DNA of 63,777 nt, counting the filler, from Lenisia limosa (Eukaryota > Protista > Breviatea): NCBI GenBank assembly GCA_001655205.1. It is 10 parts of 10 records of this genome, joined end to end, with 100 filler letters (N's around TTAATTAATTAA, not from the genome) between each part and the next. Parts side by side here need not be neighbours in the genome. Positions count along the whole stretch, not along the records: positions 35,683 to 39,038 come from LPNZ01003746.1; positions 39,139 to 40,707 come from LPNZ01008936.1; positions 40,808 to 63,777 come from LPNZ01004387.1; 7 more parts are not named here. One strand, written 5' to 3'. Within the stretch, counting starts at the first letter, position 1; each line of letters starts with the position of its first letter. The notes beneath the pieces are model-generated. The model was given only the letters and a program-made list of their open reading frames with translations. It was not told where the DNA came from and did not search any database. This document shows positions 36,025 through 49,184 of the stretch, one piece after another. The position numbers and the translations under genes are program-made.

Positions 36025-39000
36025 GTCAGTGAAAGTTGGCGGGGTCTTGAGTGCGCCTTTTTGAATGGCTTGCACAATGAAACTCGGCATTGAATCGTCA
36101 CTGGGAATAATGGGGAATACCTGGGGGTGAGTTTTGCACAGTTGAATGTTATAGGGACGCCATAAAAAGGGCTGAAAAGGGAACGAAGGGTGATAGTGAA
36201 GAAAATATGAGTTTTGAGGGAAATTGGAAGAAAACAGGAACTAATTCAGACACACTGGTTGAAAGAAATAAAGCTCAGTTAAACAACTTAGTAAAGAGCC
36301 CTCCATATACCTTGATCACACCAAGGCCCTTCAGCGTGATAGTTTTGACAGATTCACAAGGAGTCTTCGCTTCCGCAATCTCAGAAGGACTCGAGTCCTT
36401 GTCTTCGGAGAAGTCGGAACAAATGGAGCGCATATCGATTTGATTGCTTTGATTAGTGTAATGCGAGGCGGCGCGGCGGCGGGTTGCAACCACCGGAGAT
36501 TGCCGACGGTTCAAGGATCGGGCAGAGTGGATTTCAATATTTGTGTTTCTGGGGGTGCCAGTGGGACTTTCAGCCCAAGATTGGACCAAGCCATGGGAAC
36601 CCGGGGACTGGGGTGGTAAGACTTTTGGTAATCATAATAATGGTTTACAATAAGAGGTGGTTGACCGAAGAGTCCATCATTTCATACAAAAAAAACTCAG
36701 CTACTATATATATACAACCCCCACCTTGCTATACACCGACTCTTCCTGAACTGTCTCTGCCCACGCCTGCTGCGAGGAGTCTCTGGAGGGTTAGCTGATG
36801 ATCGTGTCAACCAGATAGTTGCCAATGGTCCAACTCTCATTCAGCCTTTGACCAATCTTGTTCAGAAAAACAAGGAAATAATAATTCAAAAAAATAAAAC
36901 GAAACAACAATACACAATCCGCCAATCCTTGATTTTCAGGGTATTGCTTCTGAAAAGAACAGTTATATCAATAGCTAATGTCCCCCTAACAAAAGAGACT
37001 TATGGAGATGGTCGGACAGGTCTAGCAAACTGGGTGACTCCACTGTGACCTAAAAACTAAAAAATGGAGGGAAGGGGGAGCAGAATTGGCACAAAGACCA
37101 ATGAAAAAACATTGCATTTATTGCAAAACCTCGAAAAAACTCGATATTCTACTGAGCCACCCAGAGGGAAGTAAACCTGAACCCCCCTCTCCTCTCGCTC
37201 TTATTAATTATTAGCCTCCGAAGACACAGCCCTCAAGCTAATATAATCAGCCCCCCCTATCATTGCTTGCTATTTAGATGATCACACAGTTCAGACAAAA
37301 GGAAGAAGGCGAAAGCAAACCTTCGGAGGCGGTGGCGGCGGGTTGTCCGAGGCGCCCATCAGCGTGTAGTTGTCGGCTAGAACGGCACCGTCGGCAGCCN
37401 NNNNNNNNNNNNNNNNNNNNNNNNNNNNNNNNNNNNNNNNNNNNNNNNNNNNNNNNNNNNNNNNNNNNNNNNNNATGGACCAATGGAGCATCTTCCGGCC
37501 TGGGCTCGGTTATTTCCGAGGGATGAAGGTAAGGGTTTATGGTTTTTTTAACTCTCTATTGGTTATGTTTTGAGGACTAAAATCAGACTGCTGAAGCCTT
37601 TCATCTTCATTATCCTTAAATCCTTCATCAAAATGGGATATCCGAGCTGCTGTATAAAATTTCGATTTTACTCCACCCACCTAGACATCCGGCGGCGACG
37701 GGTCCGGTAGCCACACCACATTGGCACGTGCACCCCGGAATCGTGGCTCGTGCTGCCGTCACCTGGGGTGGGGTAAAAAATGGAAAAAAAAAACAAACAA
37801 CTCTATTGTCTCAAGGGGGGAGAGGTTAAAGGATATTTCAAAGATGAATATTGCGAGGGAGTGGAATACCCCCCACGAAAGCAGAGGCAAGACTCAGGCC
37901 ATTTTTGCAGCCGTCAGCATCCGGGGTCGGAGCCCCGAAAATGGCTAGGTAAGAGAACCCAACTTGCTCCAGAGTGCGGCTGCAGAGGTTAGAGGACTTA
38001 ATATTACACTGGTCAGATAACTGTGAAGATGAAATGAAGATTCTAGCCTTTTTTCCTGAGAGTATGAGATGGTACAAAAGTTAGAATAGCAGTAGTCCTT
38101 CAATACGGCTCATATCTTCTTCCGAATTTAGGAAACAGAGGATCCTGAGCAATAACCGACAAATTATTCAGCATAGCAACCGGATTCCCCACCATTTGTA
38201 GTGCTCAACAAGTGCATCAAAAGTGGCTATGAGTCGTGTGTACGCGTTGATGAACTGAGAGATCAGTAAGGCATGGATGGGAAAAGGAGTATCAGGATGC
38301 ACTCTGTCACATTTAGGGACGTTAGATATATCTTGAAATGGGAAGCACAAAATCGGTGACCAGGACTGCTTAAACTCATGAAATTGGAAAAAATAAGTTT
38401 CGGTTTTATTGTCATTAAAAACAACTGTTAAGGTTGGCGGGGAAGGGGGCGGAGGGTGGCATAGAACTGGCCTAAACGCCTACCGCAAAAGCACTTGACG
38501 GCTCAATACCCAGCTTGAACTACAATGTGAGAACCAGGTGAATTGGACATGATAGTATTGGGCTATATCATTTTTAAGAGTTGAATTTTGGATAATGTGC
38601 CCAAATTGAAAATCAAATTCATAAACGAGCAATCAAAATAAAAAGTTTAAAGACTCCCCTCAGCAAATACAGTGACTCTCTTGTGGTTCCCTCCCCAACC
38701 TCAGCAAACACAACAGTGACTCTCTTGTGGTTCTCAATTTCACTATCGGACTGAAGCCCGTCCCGTAGTTTCTTGGCCACATGAATGGGTACTAATGAGT
38801 CGGCAAGATTGTCTGCGGGGAAGCGGTGAAAAATGGGAATATTTGAAACACAATAATAATAGAAGAATGAAAAGCCATATAAAAGTACATAGTACACCAA
38901 ATCCCTCACCCATTTCTATCATCTGAGCCACGTTTTCTGTGGCTGATTCAATGGCGTCGACGTACATTTGGCGCTGAGGAATCAGTATATATGGAAGAAT

Positions 39001-39344
39001 AGGTGCTGAGGAATAAGCATATGCATATACATGTAGTANNNNNNNNNNNNNNNNNNNNNNNNNNNNNNNNNNNNNNNNNNNNTTAATTAATTAANNNNNN
39101 NNNNNNNNNNNNNNNNNNNNNNNNNNNNNNNNNNNNNNCGAAATTTCCATCATTTTACTCCCCTCCCCCCTCCAACCAAAGATTCCAAATCAAGTATCTC
39201 CTCAAGGAAGGCGTTTCTCTCCGTTGAGTCCATCTCTCCAAGCATCTTCGTCTCCAATGTCTGCACAATTCCTGTTCTTGTTGACAGAAAGCTCTGTGTC
39301 TCTTCAGGGGGGTGATCGATCGGGCGGGGGAAACCGAAATTCAT
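36020..39344 (-). CDS. Class III nucleotidyl cyclase-like protein fragment (cyclase B)
   Basis: NLADSLVPIHVAKKLRDGLQSDSEIENHKRVTVVFAE|, FINAYTRLIATFDALVEHYK, AIFGAPTPDADGCKNGLSLASAF, TIPGCTCQCGVATGPVAAGCLG, and a distal VKTITLKGLGVIK. Confidence 0.72.
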
Positions 39345-39649
39345 GATGAGAGGGTTCTGGATTGAGGGGTCCGTTTTCTTCTATTATGCGCGCAATTTAA
39401 GGAATACTGTAATAGAGGTGTGATAGGGGCGGAGAGGGCTACAGAAGGGCTTTGCACACTCAAAAACAACATATATAAACACCACAGAAGTGACTATAAA
39501 AACAGAAAACCAGCAAGACAGCTTATGATCTATTTATTATTTGATTGGTGTTTGACTGCGTCTTATATTGAATTTTCGATAGCGAATAAGTTGAAATCCA
39601 AGTTTGCCGAAATTAGGAAACTGAGGAGTGTGTTTCCCTTATCTTAGCT

Positions 39650-40507
39650 ATGAGAGCCCTCTTCTCATCGCTTTATGTTTTAGCGCTTGTCTGCATTCTT
39701 TCATGCGAGGCGCAGTTGCCAAGTAGCAGCAGCGACGCGCCGGAAAAGAAAGCCTTTAAACGATGCTTGCCTCCTGTAGGATCTTCAGACTTCTGTGGCG
39801 ATGTGAGTTGGGTTTATGACACAAACACGATGAAATTAACGTATTTGAGACAAATATATAAATATCATTGTTATGGGGGCATATTACTGTTTTGTTATCG
39901 AACTTTCCATATGTTACGATTGGTAACTTCTTTTCATCTGGGACGCAATCATTGCGTTATGAGGCTGAATTGGGCTTTCTTTCTTTGTTTTTTTGAAATA
40001 ATTGATTTATTGTTAAAGGGAATTACTCCATTTTTCTCGAGCTATCGTCATATATTAGATAAGGCGAATTGGGGATGGGGATTTTCATCCAATATTCCAA
40101 TATCTCTTATAAACGTGATTGTGTGAACCGCTTCGGCCAGATACAATCTTGTTTTATTTTTCACCGCTCTATCTATTGATTGTATCAAGTATTTCACAGT
40201 TTAATTGAAACTGTTCCGATATTTCTTGTCTTTAGGCCAGTCCAGTAAAAATTCTTGATAAGTATCGTTTGATCTTTTCAGAGTTAATTTTGAGGTTTTG
40301 TTTCATTAATTCCCTACCCCTCTCCACTCAATGTAGTTTTTTACCCCTCTCCAAGCCAAGAGAGTTATTCAATTCCATACCCCTCCCCCGCCGCCGCCAA
40401 ACATGCAGTAATTCATAAACTCTCTTACACCCCCTCCCCAGGCCCCTGCAACACTGTGTTCTACGAGTGATGTTGGTGTTGATATTTCCCTACTCACAAG
40501 TGATGGT
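39650..40507 (+). CDS. 5' fragment of a secreted or membrane protein
   Basis: MRALFSSLYVLALVCILSCEAQLPSS.. (signal-peptide-like) ..CLPPVGSSDFCGD|gtgagttggg; further small exons at ~40237 and 40442-40506. Confidence 0.5.
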
Positions 40508-40911
40508 GAGGGGGAATAGAAAGCTCCAATTTCAAGGAATATCTCCTCATACAACTTCAGCTCTTATGGATTGGGTGTCGTTTTAATTATTATTTATGTT
40601 ACATGCTTGTGTGTTTGTGGTGTGTCTATGTGTGTTTTTTTATGTGTATTATGTACATGTACATAATATAATACACAGTATATATGTATCATATATTATA
40701 TATATTANNNNNNNNNNNNNNNNNNNNNNNNNNNNNNNNNNNNNNNNNNNNTTAATTAATTAANNNNNNNNNNNNNNNNNNNNNNNNNNNNNNNNNNNNN
40801 NNNNNNNCTCACACACTCACACACACTCTCTCTCCCTCCCTCTCCCTCTCTCCTCCCCTCTTTCTCACCTACTCCAAACCCCCATATCTATGCATAACGC
40901 ATTACCCCCCA

Positions 40912-42982
40912 ATACCCGTATCGGTCTGAAGACCTTGCACCCAGCTGCCCTCCTGGATTTTCACGGCACCCTTAAATCGCGCATCCAGGCTGTGCTTGAT
41001 CTTCGAGATCGTAATGGAGTAAATCTGAAAATGGTTAGAAATGGTGTTAATGAAACAGATAGAAATAGAGATAAAGGAGATAATGGAGATAATGGAGATA
41101 ATGGAGATAATGGAGATAATGGAGATAATGGAGATAATAAGAAAATGGAGACGAAGATAATGGAGAATAGAAACGTTGGAAGATAATGGACAACGTGAAA
41201 TATGTCAATTGCGTATTCCTATGCTTAATTTTCGGGTAAATCTGACAATAGTTAGAAATGTTGGGCGATGAAAAGCGAGTAAATCTGACAAAGGAGATGA
41301 AAGATGATGCGTGAAGGAGTGAAACTTACAGTATTAGATGGTGAGTAAACATTCTTTTTTGGGACCGCAGGGAAACTTCAGTGATACCTTATACCCTACC
41401 CCACATTCCCGCCTCATATCACTTTCACCACCTCCCTCCCACCAACATAGTTTTCGAAGATTTAACGAGAAATTCAGTCTTTTTTTGAACCGAAGTGAAA
41501 CCTTACCATCCGCCCACCGAAAGTTCACCAACACCAGCAATGACCATCCGCCCACAGAAAGTTCACCAACACCAGCAATGACGAGTTCGTTGCGCTCGGT
41601 ATTGACCGCAAGATCGGTGACAATGGAGTAGTCCACATTGAGCAAGCCCGTTTGCTCCAGACGATGGTTGAGTACCTGGCAGGGGGTAATGGGGGGATGG
41701 AAGAAAATTTCGATGTAGAATATTGACGAAAAAAAAAAGGGGTGACTACAGTTTCAGGCCGACGCCGTCCACACCATATCACTTATCAATCCTGGCAAAT
41801 CGTACACACTCTGTTGTTCTATTCCCAGATTTTTTTTTATATAATATTATAAATATGATAGGTAATATCATATGCCTTTTTTTTTGAAAAACACTGACAT
41901 TATNNNNNNNNNNNNNNNNNNNNNNNNNNNNNNNNNNNNNNNNNNNNNNNNNNNNNNNNNNNNNNNNNNNNNNNNNNNNNNNNNNNNNNNNNNNNNNNNN
42001 NNNNNNNNNNNNNNNNNNNNNNNNNNNNNNNNNNNNNNNNNNNNNNNNNNNNNNTGTTTTTTTAAAAAAAAACATTTCCCACATACTCGAATGGTGGAAT
42101 CTGAACACGCGGCAAAATAAACCTGGGGGGGTTAAACCCACATTCCAGAATCAAAATAGTAGGAAAAATCAAGATATTTTTCGGAAGGACCCAAAAATGA
42201 TCAACTCATTGAAATCCTCGATAAATATTGATATTTATATTAATGATATGATATGATACTATATCATTTACCACCACCACCTCAGAAAATACCCCAAACA
42301 CACACACCTGGTACAGCTGGACGTATATGAGGGCCGACACCCCCGCCAGTCCTCGCGTCAGGACCGGACTGAAGGGCCGGGCCGTGTTGTTGCCTCCAAG
42401 GAAGGACGCGTCAACTTGGTGCACCGATAGCTCTGGGGGGTTATACATATACTGAAGAATAATATTGGCGTTAAGGTTCTAGTCACGAACCGAATAATCT
42501 TAAACTCCAAACAAACGAAAAACAAAAAAAAACAAGACTAACAAACACGAGTACCAACGCTAAAACAAGACAAAAGCCAGATGACAAAAACACAAAAACA
42601 AGCCCGAGCCAGCCTTTGGAAGAATCCCACCACCGCTCGATCACCCAAACGAAGGACATTGAAAACCATCACTCAATGAACCAGAAGAACAAAGACAAAC
42701 AATTTGTGTTGTCATGTTTCTATGGGCGAGAGGAAGATCGATCGTAGTCCTCGAACAGTTTCAGCTCAAAAAAGCCACCTCAAATTATCCCAATCAAACC
42801 CTTTTCGTTGTAGAACACCACTTGATCAAGGCTGCGATTGTAAACCAAACGGGAGCCCTTGGTAGGGAGGGGGATCGTGGAAACATGCTACACGGCGTTA
42901 CCCTCGCCAAAAAGCGTTTCTATCATACCTGAAATCCAAACGGCAATGTGGCACCGCTGGGGGCGGCATCATCGTCTTCCAT
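40912..42982 (-). CDS. Unknown gene, beta-propeller/WD40-like exons
   Basis: MEDDDAAPSGATLPFGFQ|GSRLVYNRSLDQVVFYNEK, ELSVHQVDASFLGGNNTARPF.., VLNHRLEQTGLLNVDYSIVTDLAVNTERNELVIAG, IYSITISKIKHSLDARF. C-run acceptors and G-run donors are on the minus strand. Confidence 0.45.
41076..41138. repeat. 9-bp tandem repeat (ggagataat) x7, intronic
   Basis: Direct reading of the sequence. Confidence 0.95.
41449..41505. mobile_element. MITE family 1, right half
   Basis: agttttcgaagatttaacgagaaattcagtcttttttgaaccgaagtgaaacctta. Confidence 0.65.
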
Positions 42983-43599
42983 AACGATGGTCACCGCCAG
43001 GAGTCGCGTTTACGTCTATTCCTTCATTCACAATAATCAAAATTTTGATACAAAAGCAATCTCTTATAAAAATTAAGCACCTGGCTTCGAATTTGTGCAA
43101 ATTCCACAGGTTATATACTTTGGACCAGTGCATTTATATATTGATGACTCCTAGCCATTCATAGGGCCAAAAATAAATTGAATGTTTTATATTGCTATTA
43201 ATATTGTAATACAAGAAAGGAAAGAGTCTCAGTTAACTCTGGCATAAGAACCAGATAGTTCATTTCGCGAATCGGTTTGCTATCCCCGTAAAATTATTGT
43301 ATAACAATTTGATAACGAATACCGAAGGAATTTTACACTTTCAGAACGAAACCCGAAGGGAACCTTTCAAGACTATCACTTTTAAGGGCTTTGAGGCCAC
43401 TACTGTCCAACTTTGACAGAACCCTTTGAAAGTGGATCTCTTCCAAGCCCTTTGGCGCTCTTTCTTTCAATTTCGTTCGCCTGTGGGCTATTTAGGAGTA
43501 ATACACCGCTTCCCAACCAAATTCTCGCGGTTTAAACACTTCTCATGTTCTCAATTTTCATTTGAAATTGCACTCTGGATTATTTTCGCATTCAATGTC

Positions 43600-46500
43600 G
43601 CTTTTTGAGCACTGCACGGCCGGGAAGGCCCCTTAAATTCCCAACTACTGTTGTTTTTCACGATTCATCGCTCTATTTCGAGATAATCTTTCAAGGTGAA
43701 GCTGAATGAGACCGGCAAGAGCGGCAAGAGGCGCAAAGGGAAGTTGCTGACAGGTTTGATTAGGTGATGGTCAAAAAGTTTGATGATTAGTTTTGTCGAT
43801 TCCGACGTTTAACGTCAATTCTTCTTTGTTCCTCTCGTTTTTCTTCTTATTCAAGTACTTCAGGCTCGTGGAGAGGCGGCGGAAACCATGTGCCCTTCTA
43901 GCCTCATCGTCTCTTTCTTGAGGAAAGGTTAGGAAATAGGGGAATTCAAGTTGACAATGACGATTATAACACTGTACCACGTCTGAAATGACAGGAAGAC
44001 CGATAGTGACTTTGGTGAAGCTTGAGATCAGGATTTGACACGTAGATTGAAGATGAATGACGAGAAGCCGTCAAATCCCTACCAGCGGCAATATCCGGGC
44101 GCTTTCAAGCGGAAGGGGCGATGGACATACCAACAAGGCAGCATCTCGAATGACACCTTTTCTTTTGCTGTTCTTGGAGTTGGCTGGGAGGCAGACAACA
44201 CCAATCGAAGATCAAAACTGACTTCGTGAATTTGGGGAACATGACTATTTTTCCAATTTTGGCTTGTTTTCTTGAAATTGACTCTGACTCGCTTCTTTAG
44301 GTTGATTTGAACGTGTCAGACCATGTTTCACCCGAAATGATGAAGATGATGTACGGCAGCGACGGTTCTGAAAACTTCGCCCCGAAGCAAATGAAGGTAG
44401 GAACATTGGTAATGAGATGACAAATTCTTACGTCACAAACCGCAAAACTCTCACATTCACCAAATTCACATTTTGGTTTTCTATCCTTTTAACTCAGTCT
44501 AGCCTGACAGACTCACTGGTGATCGCGTAATTGACCGAAAACGACTCAAAAGAAGCGCCATATTCCAACCCGCGGAAGAGGAGGAAGAAGACTGGCGGTA
44601 CTTCACGCCCCAAACTGACGGTATGATGGGACTACTCGGGCCTCATGAATGCAGGTGGCGCTTTTTCACAGATTTACTGTTACACTTTGAAATTGAATTC
44701 CATTTTGCCCCGATGTACCCTCTTTTGTTGTCATTTCAACTCAAAAGTGTCATTTTGACAGCAACAGCAAAGTCATAACCGCATTAACCAAACCCATGCA
44801 CAACCTATCTGTTTTCTTCATCCGTGCTTTTCTTCAGTAAAACTACAAAAAGCCATGACAATAAGGAATCTGTTCCATTAATTGAAACAATTAATTTCAC
44901 GGAATTACATCGTTCTCACCAGTTCAGAAGTACTGAAGCGAATCTCAAGCTCTCAAGACACATTGTCATCAGAAGAGGATATGCCGAAAATGAAGATCGA
45001 ACGGATTACTACGCCGCCACCTGCCTGTAGACAGCTGTCAACTCCTTTCAGTGCTCCGGATGTTATTTCCAATGAGCATTCTGGATTTGTTGAAGGTGGA
45101 GGGGTGGACAAGTCCCGAAGTGTTGTTTAAGACACTCTGAATTGAATAGAATGCTACACATGACTGAGTAAAAATATCAATACAAATAGAGGATTTATGA
45201 TCCAACAAGAAACGAACGTGTAGTTCTATCATCAACACCAGCTTATCACATCAGGTATCGATTTGCCGAGCCCAACAGTTTCATGCACTACACCAATCAG
45301 CTCTCCATTCGAGTTCAACACCACGTGCCTGTCCTCGCGACCCCCTAAGTTTCAAGGAGCAATTGAGCGACCTTCTTCTACTCCCCTCCGTCCCCAAGGT
45401 TGGCCTGGATCACAACTGCTTAAATATGCCAAATGAGGAACCTGCCAAATAAGGTAGTTACCATATATGGAAGCTACCATATGTGGAAGTTGCCGAATAA
45501 GGAAGTTACCATATATGGAAGTTTCCAAATATGGAAGTTACCTTATATGGAAGTTCCCTCCTCACTCGTTTTCACCCCCCCCCCAGACCCGGTCGGCTTT
45601 ACTGCTGAGAAGGCGAAGTCTCTCCCAGTCCAGCCGAATTCGTCTTTTATCGGGTTCAAGAACAGCGGCTCGGTTACCTTCGATGACGGCCTCAAAATCC
45701 CGACTCTCCGGAGGTCCTGGGTACAGGTGGGAGGGATGGGGGGTATTGGTGGTATTACAAATTGGGCAGAGGGGTAATGTTCTTCGAAAATTGAAACTAA
45801 GCACTAAGGAATTCACCACACCGATCCAGAAAATGACTGAATTTCGATAAATAGTCCTATTTTGATTGTTTACCAATCTTTTTTGCTTGAAGAGCCCAAA
45901 TGATACCTGACATGGCCATATTCGACACAAATATTACCAAAACTGAACTTGCCTCTGTAAATGTACTAAATAGACCTGTGAGTCAAAAAAAATTTACCAT
46001 AACAGGACCATATTGTCTGTCAATTAACTTACCATATCAGGAATTGTCGCTCACGTCAGGAGTCAAGAAAATGATCGAAGCGATCCACAACTCCCTGCCG
46101 CCGCCAGTGACAGACTATTCCGATCGAAATGAGGTTCAGGTGGGTGATTATCATTACAAGTCACCTTCTTTTACTCGATTCCCCCCGATATGGGGTATGG
46201 ATGGATATTTCTGGAAGTAAGGGTGGGTACTGCGGGTCGGACAAGGTTATTTTCGATAAACCCGATAAATCTTTGATAAACCCTCGATCAATCCTTGAGC
46301 GAATTATTCTCAAATTATCCAATAATTTCTCTATAACTCCATAAATCCAAGCAGTTTCTCTCTCCATCTTTAACAAGCCATCTCTCTCCACCAACACTCT
46401 CTATCAACTTGTGTTTCTAGCCAACAGAGTTAATTATGGGCTTTTTGTTCATAAATTGTCCTTTTTTTTCTTCATCTTATCCCCTAACAGGTGGTGAATA

Positions 46501-48921
46501 TGTTCAACGAACAAGATCTCTTCGTCCTCCCTCTGCCCTTCGTTATCAAGGAAGAACAACTCAAAATCATGTCGGACGTACCACAGAGCAGCGATACCTT
46601 GGAAAACAGAATTATACTTGGTGGGAGTGGTGGTGGGTAAGCAGTTTTACTTGAGGTGGTAGACCCATCGGGGCATATGGACACGCGGGGTGAAGAACAC
46701 ATTTATCCTCGGTCATTAGTGAGGAGAGTGAAGGGATGATATGCTTGCATTCTTGATTGTGATAAAATATGATATTTCTCCTTCTCCCACCTCATCGTTT
46801 GCCCCCTTCTCTATTGCAAAATATTCACATATCATTTCACCCATTACCCATTAATTGTCATCAATCATCCCCGTAAATAGTTTACCCCCATGAAATTTCA
46901 GAGTACACGCGGCTCCGTTTCTTCCAAAGCGGAGCCCTCACCGAGAAAATAATCATGCGCATGATGCGCCAGCGCGAAGGTTGCGAGAGCCTGCTAGCAC
47001 CTGACGGCCACAATCTCATTGTCAAAGAAATGCCAAATGTAGCCGCCCCGGACAATACGCTGCATATGGCTAAGTCTTGGGGGCATAGTGGATATATGGC
47101 CAAGTTAAGGGTAGTTTACTGTTTGGAACCTGTATTATTCATTCTCTGTAACATCATCGAAATTCAATTCACGTTATTTCAGGGTGCTCAATGGGTTTCC
47201 AGACTACTCTCCAAACTTCATCAAGAGCAAAACCGTAAGGTACGCTTGAGGCTTCACTTTGTTACGAAATAATCAGTAAACAATCAAAATATTTCGGTGT
47301 TTTATCGAAAAATTCTGTAATTTCTGGAACGGAGATAACGATGGAACTGTATTAGGGTCTCATAGTAATTTCAGGTCATTTCCACAATTTCATCATTTTC
47401 ATCGATTTCTAAATTATGTTTTCTTAAACCATAACTCCTTTCGTTGAGTTCCTCCATTTGTCATCAGAACATTTTCACCAGCTTTATCTTCCCATTTCGT
47501 TTCACCCGTTTTAGCGAGTATCTCCGGGCTCGGGCCCTCCCAGCCGGCTTTGTGGCTCTCCCACCACCAACTACAACTGCTGAAATAAAGGTGGGTACCG
47601 GTGTGAATTAGTAGGGGTACTTGGGTACTTGGCTATAATAGGAATACCTGGGAATAATAGCGGGTGTCAAGGGTACTCGAGTTGGTAAGGTGGTAAGGTG
47701 GATTAATGGGAATGCTTGACTAAAGCAGTATTCGTTTCAAATTTATGTCAAAAATTGACTTGTCATAGTTAGTTCTGATCTCCTTTCCTAAGATTTACCT
47801 GGGCTCTGGACAGTTCAATTATAAAATTTTGAAATTGAAAATTGGAATTGATTTTGAAGTTAATAGATTTTTAAAAAAATTGAAATGTGACATGGGCACG
47901 AGAACGCCATTATAAACTTCTCACTTTTGAAAATAAAAACTCGTTTCTTGGAAATATTTACGAATTTAGGCTGAGAGGCACTTTCTAGGCCCCGATCCTC
48001 CTGGCAGAAAAGTGGGTGAGGTCAAAGTTCTTTTAACAAAAACTCAACAAAGGAAATTGTTTCTCCAACTTCCAAATATATTTGAACGCCACCCTTCAAA
48101 TAACATAAATACTCCATAATGCAATCATTGAACATAAACCCACTATGATCACACGATACACGAGCGACTCACAAGTAACTTACAAAAAACTACAACTTGA
48201 ATAACTTGTTTTCACATTATTCATGAGAATCCTCAAAAAATATGAACATTGTCACATTCTTCATGAGAATACTTAAATTAGAATATTATCAAAGAACTGA
48301 TATTTTCATGATAACACATTCTTTGAACTGTCTTCAAACTACACATCAGCAACATTGTCAAATAATATATCATAGTTCAAATTTCAGAATTTCAAATTAC
48401 ACATTTTCAAATTACACATTTCGAAAAGCAGATCAGAATTGTCATCAAATAACACATTTTAGAAGTGTCCATGGCAAGACCCCCGTCTACGCTTCATTGT
48501 CATGATTCCCTCCCTCCTTCCTTTCGAAGTCCGAATAGTCCCTCCTCAAGGTACCGATATTTGGACCCCCGAAGAGCCGATAAAGTTTGTGGGGGTACCC
48601 GGTTATAATTGGGGTACCTGTTTGTAACAGGGGCAGCTGGTAGTATATGGATACTATAAACTACTTTCACCATTCATCAGAATCGCACTGATATGAGTTT
48701 TTAACAAGAAATAATAGGATTCTCATATGTAAGTAATTATAAAACAAAGACATAGGGATACCATAAACACAAATTACCATGCTCTGTATTCTGAGACAAA
48801 TTCTCACTCACCCAGGCGGTACCGCGACATCATAATTAATCCCCAGTGGATGGATTGCTTATTAGGCATCCGCTGGAGCGATGGTGCAAACGACTGTTCG
48901 TTCCCTAGGGCTTCTCGCTAG
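43600..48921 (+). CDS. Multi-exon unknown, probably nuclear, protein with an S/P-rich middle and a weakly BRCT-like C-terminus
   Basis: Exons VKLNETGKSGKRRKGKLLT, LTGDRVIDRKRLKRSAIF.., SEVLKRISSSQDTLSSEEDMPKMKIE.., VVNMFNEQDLFVLPLPF.., EYTRLRFFQSGALTEKII.., FIKSKTV|EYLRARAL, RYRDIIINPQWMDCLLG..ASR* (TAG 48919-48921). Start not located. Confidence 0.5.
45443..45555. repeat. Degenerate intronic minisatellite (ggaagttaccatatat)n; related sequence at ~62795-62830
   Basis: ctgccaaataaggtagttaccatatatggaagctaccatatgtggaagttgccgaataaggaagttaccatatatggaagtttccaaatatggaagttaccttatatggaag. Confidence 0.75.
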
Positions 48922-49184
48922 ATATTAGGACGTTTTTGTGTATATTATTTCTCAAGGTCTTTTTGTGTAGTATTGTATCGTTTCTATTTTGCTTCTTAGT
49001 AGCTTTTTGTTGATGTTTCTCGACTTCTCCTTTTTCCCCTATCTATTTATTTATTTAAAGGACTTTTCAATCGGGGGGAAATATTTCCACAATGTTGCTG
49101 ACTAAGATCACAATTTGCACTATTTCAAATGTTGTATGATGATTAAGTAAAATGCATGAGAAGAGAGATCCATAACAGAGAGAT

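Noticed and set aside
9391-40763. Nine exact TTAATTAATTAA palindromes as a biological motif
   Set aside because: Each is centred between two 44-N runs. This is a six-frame-stop scaffolding linker, not genomic sequence.
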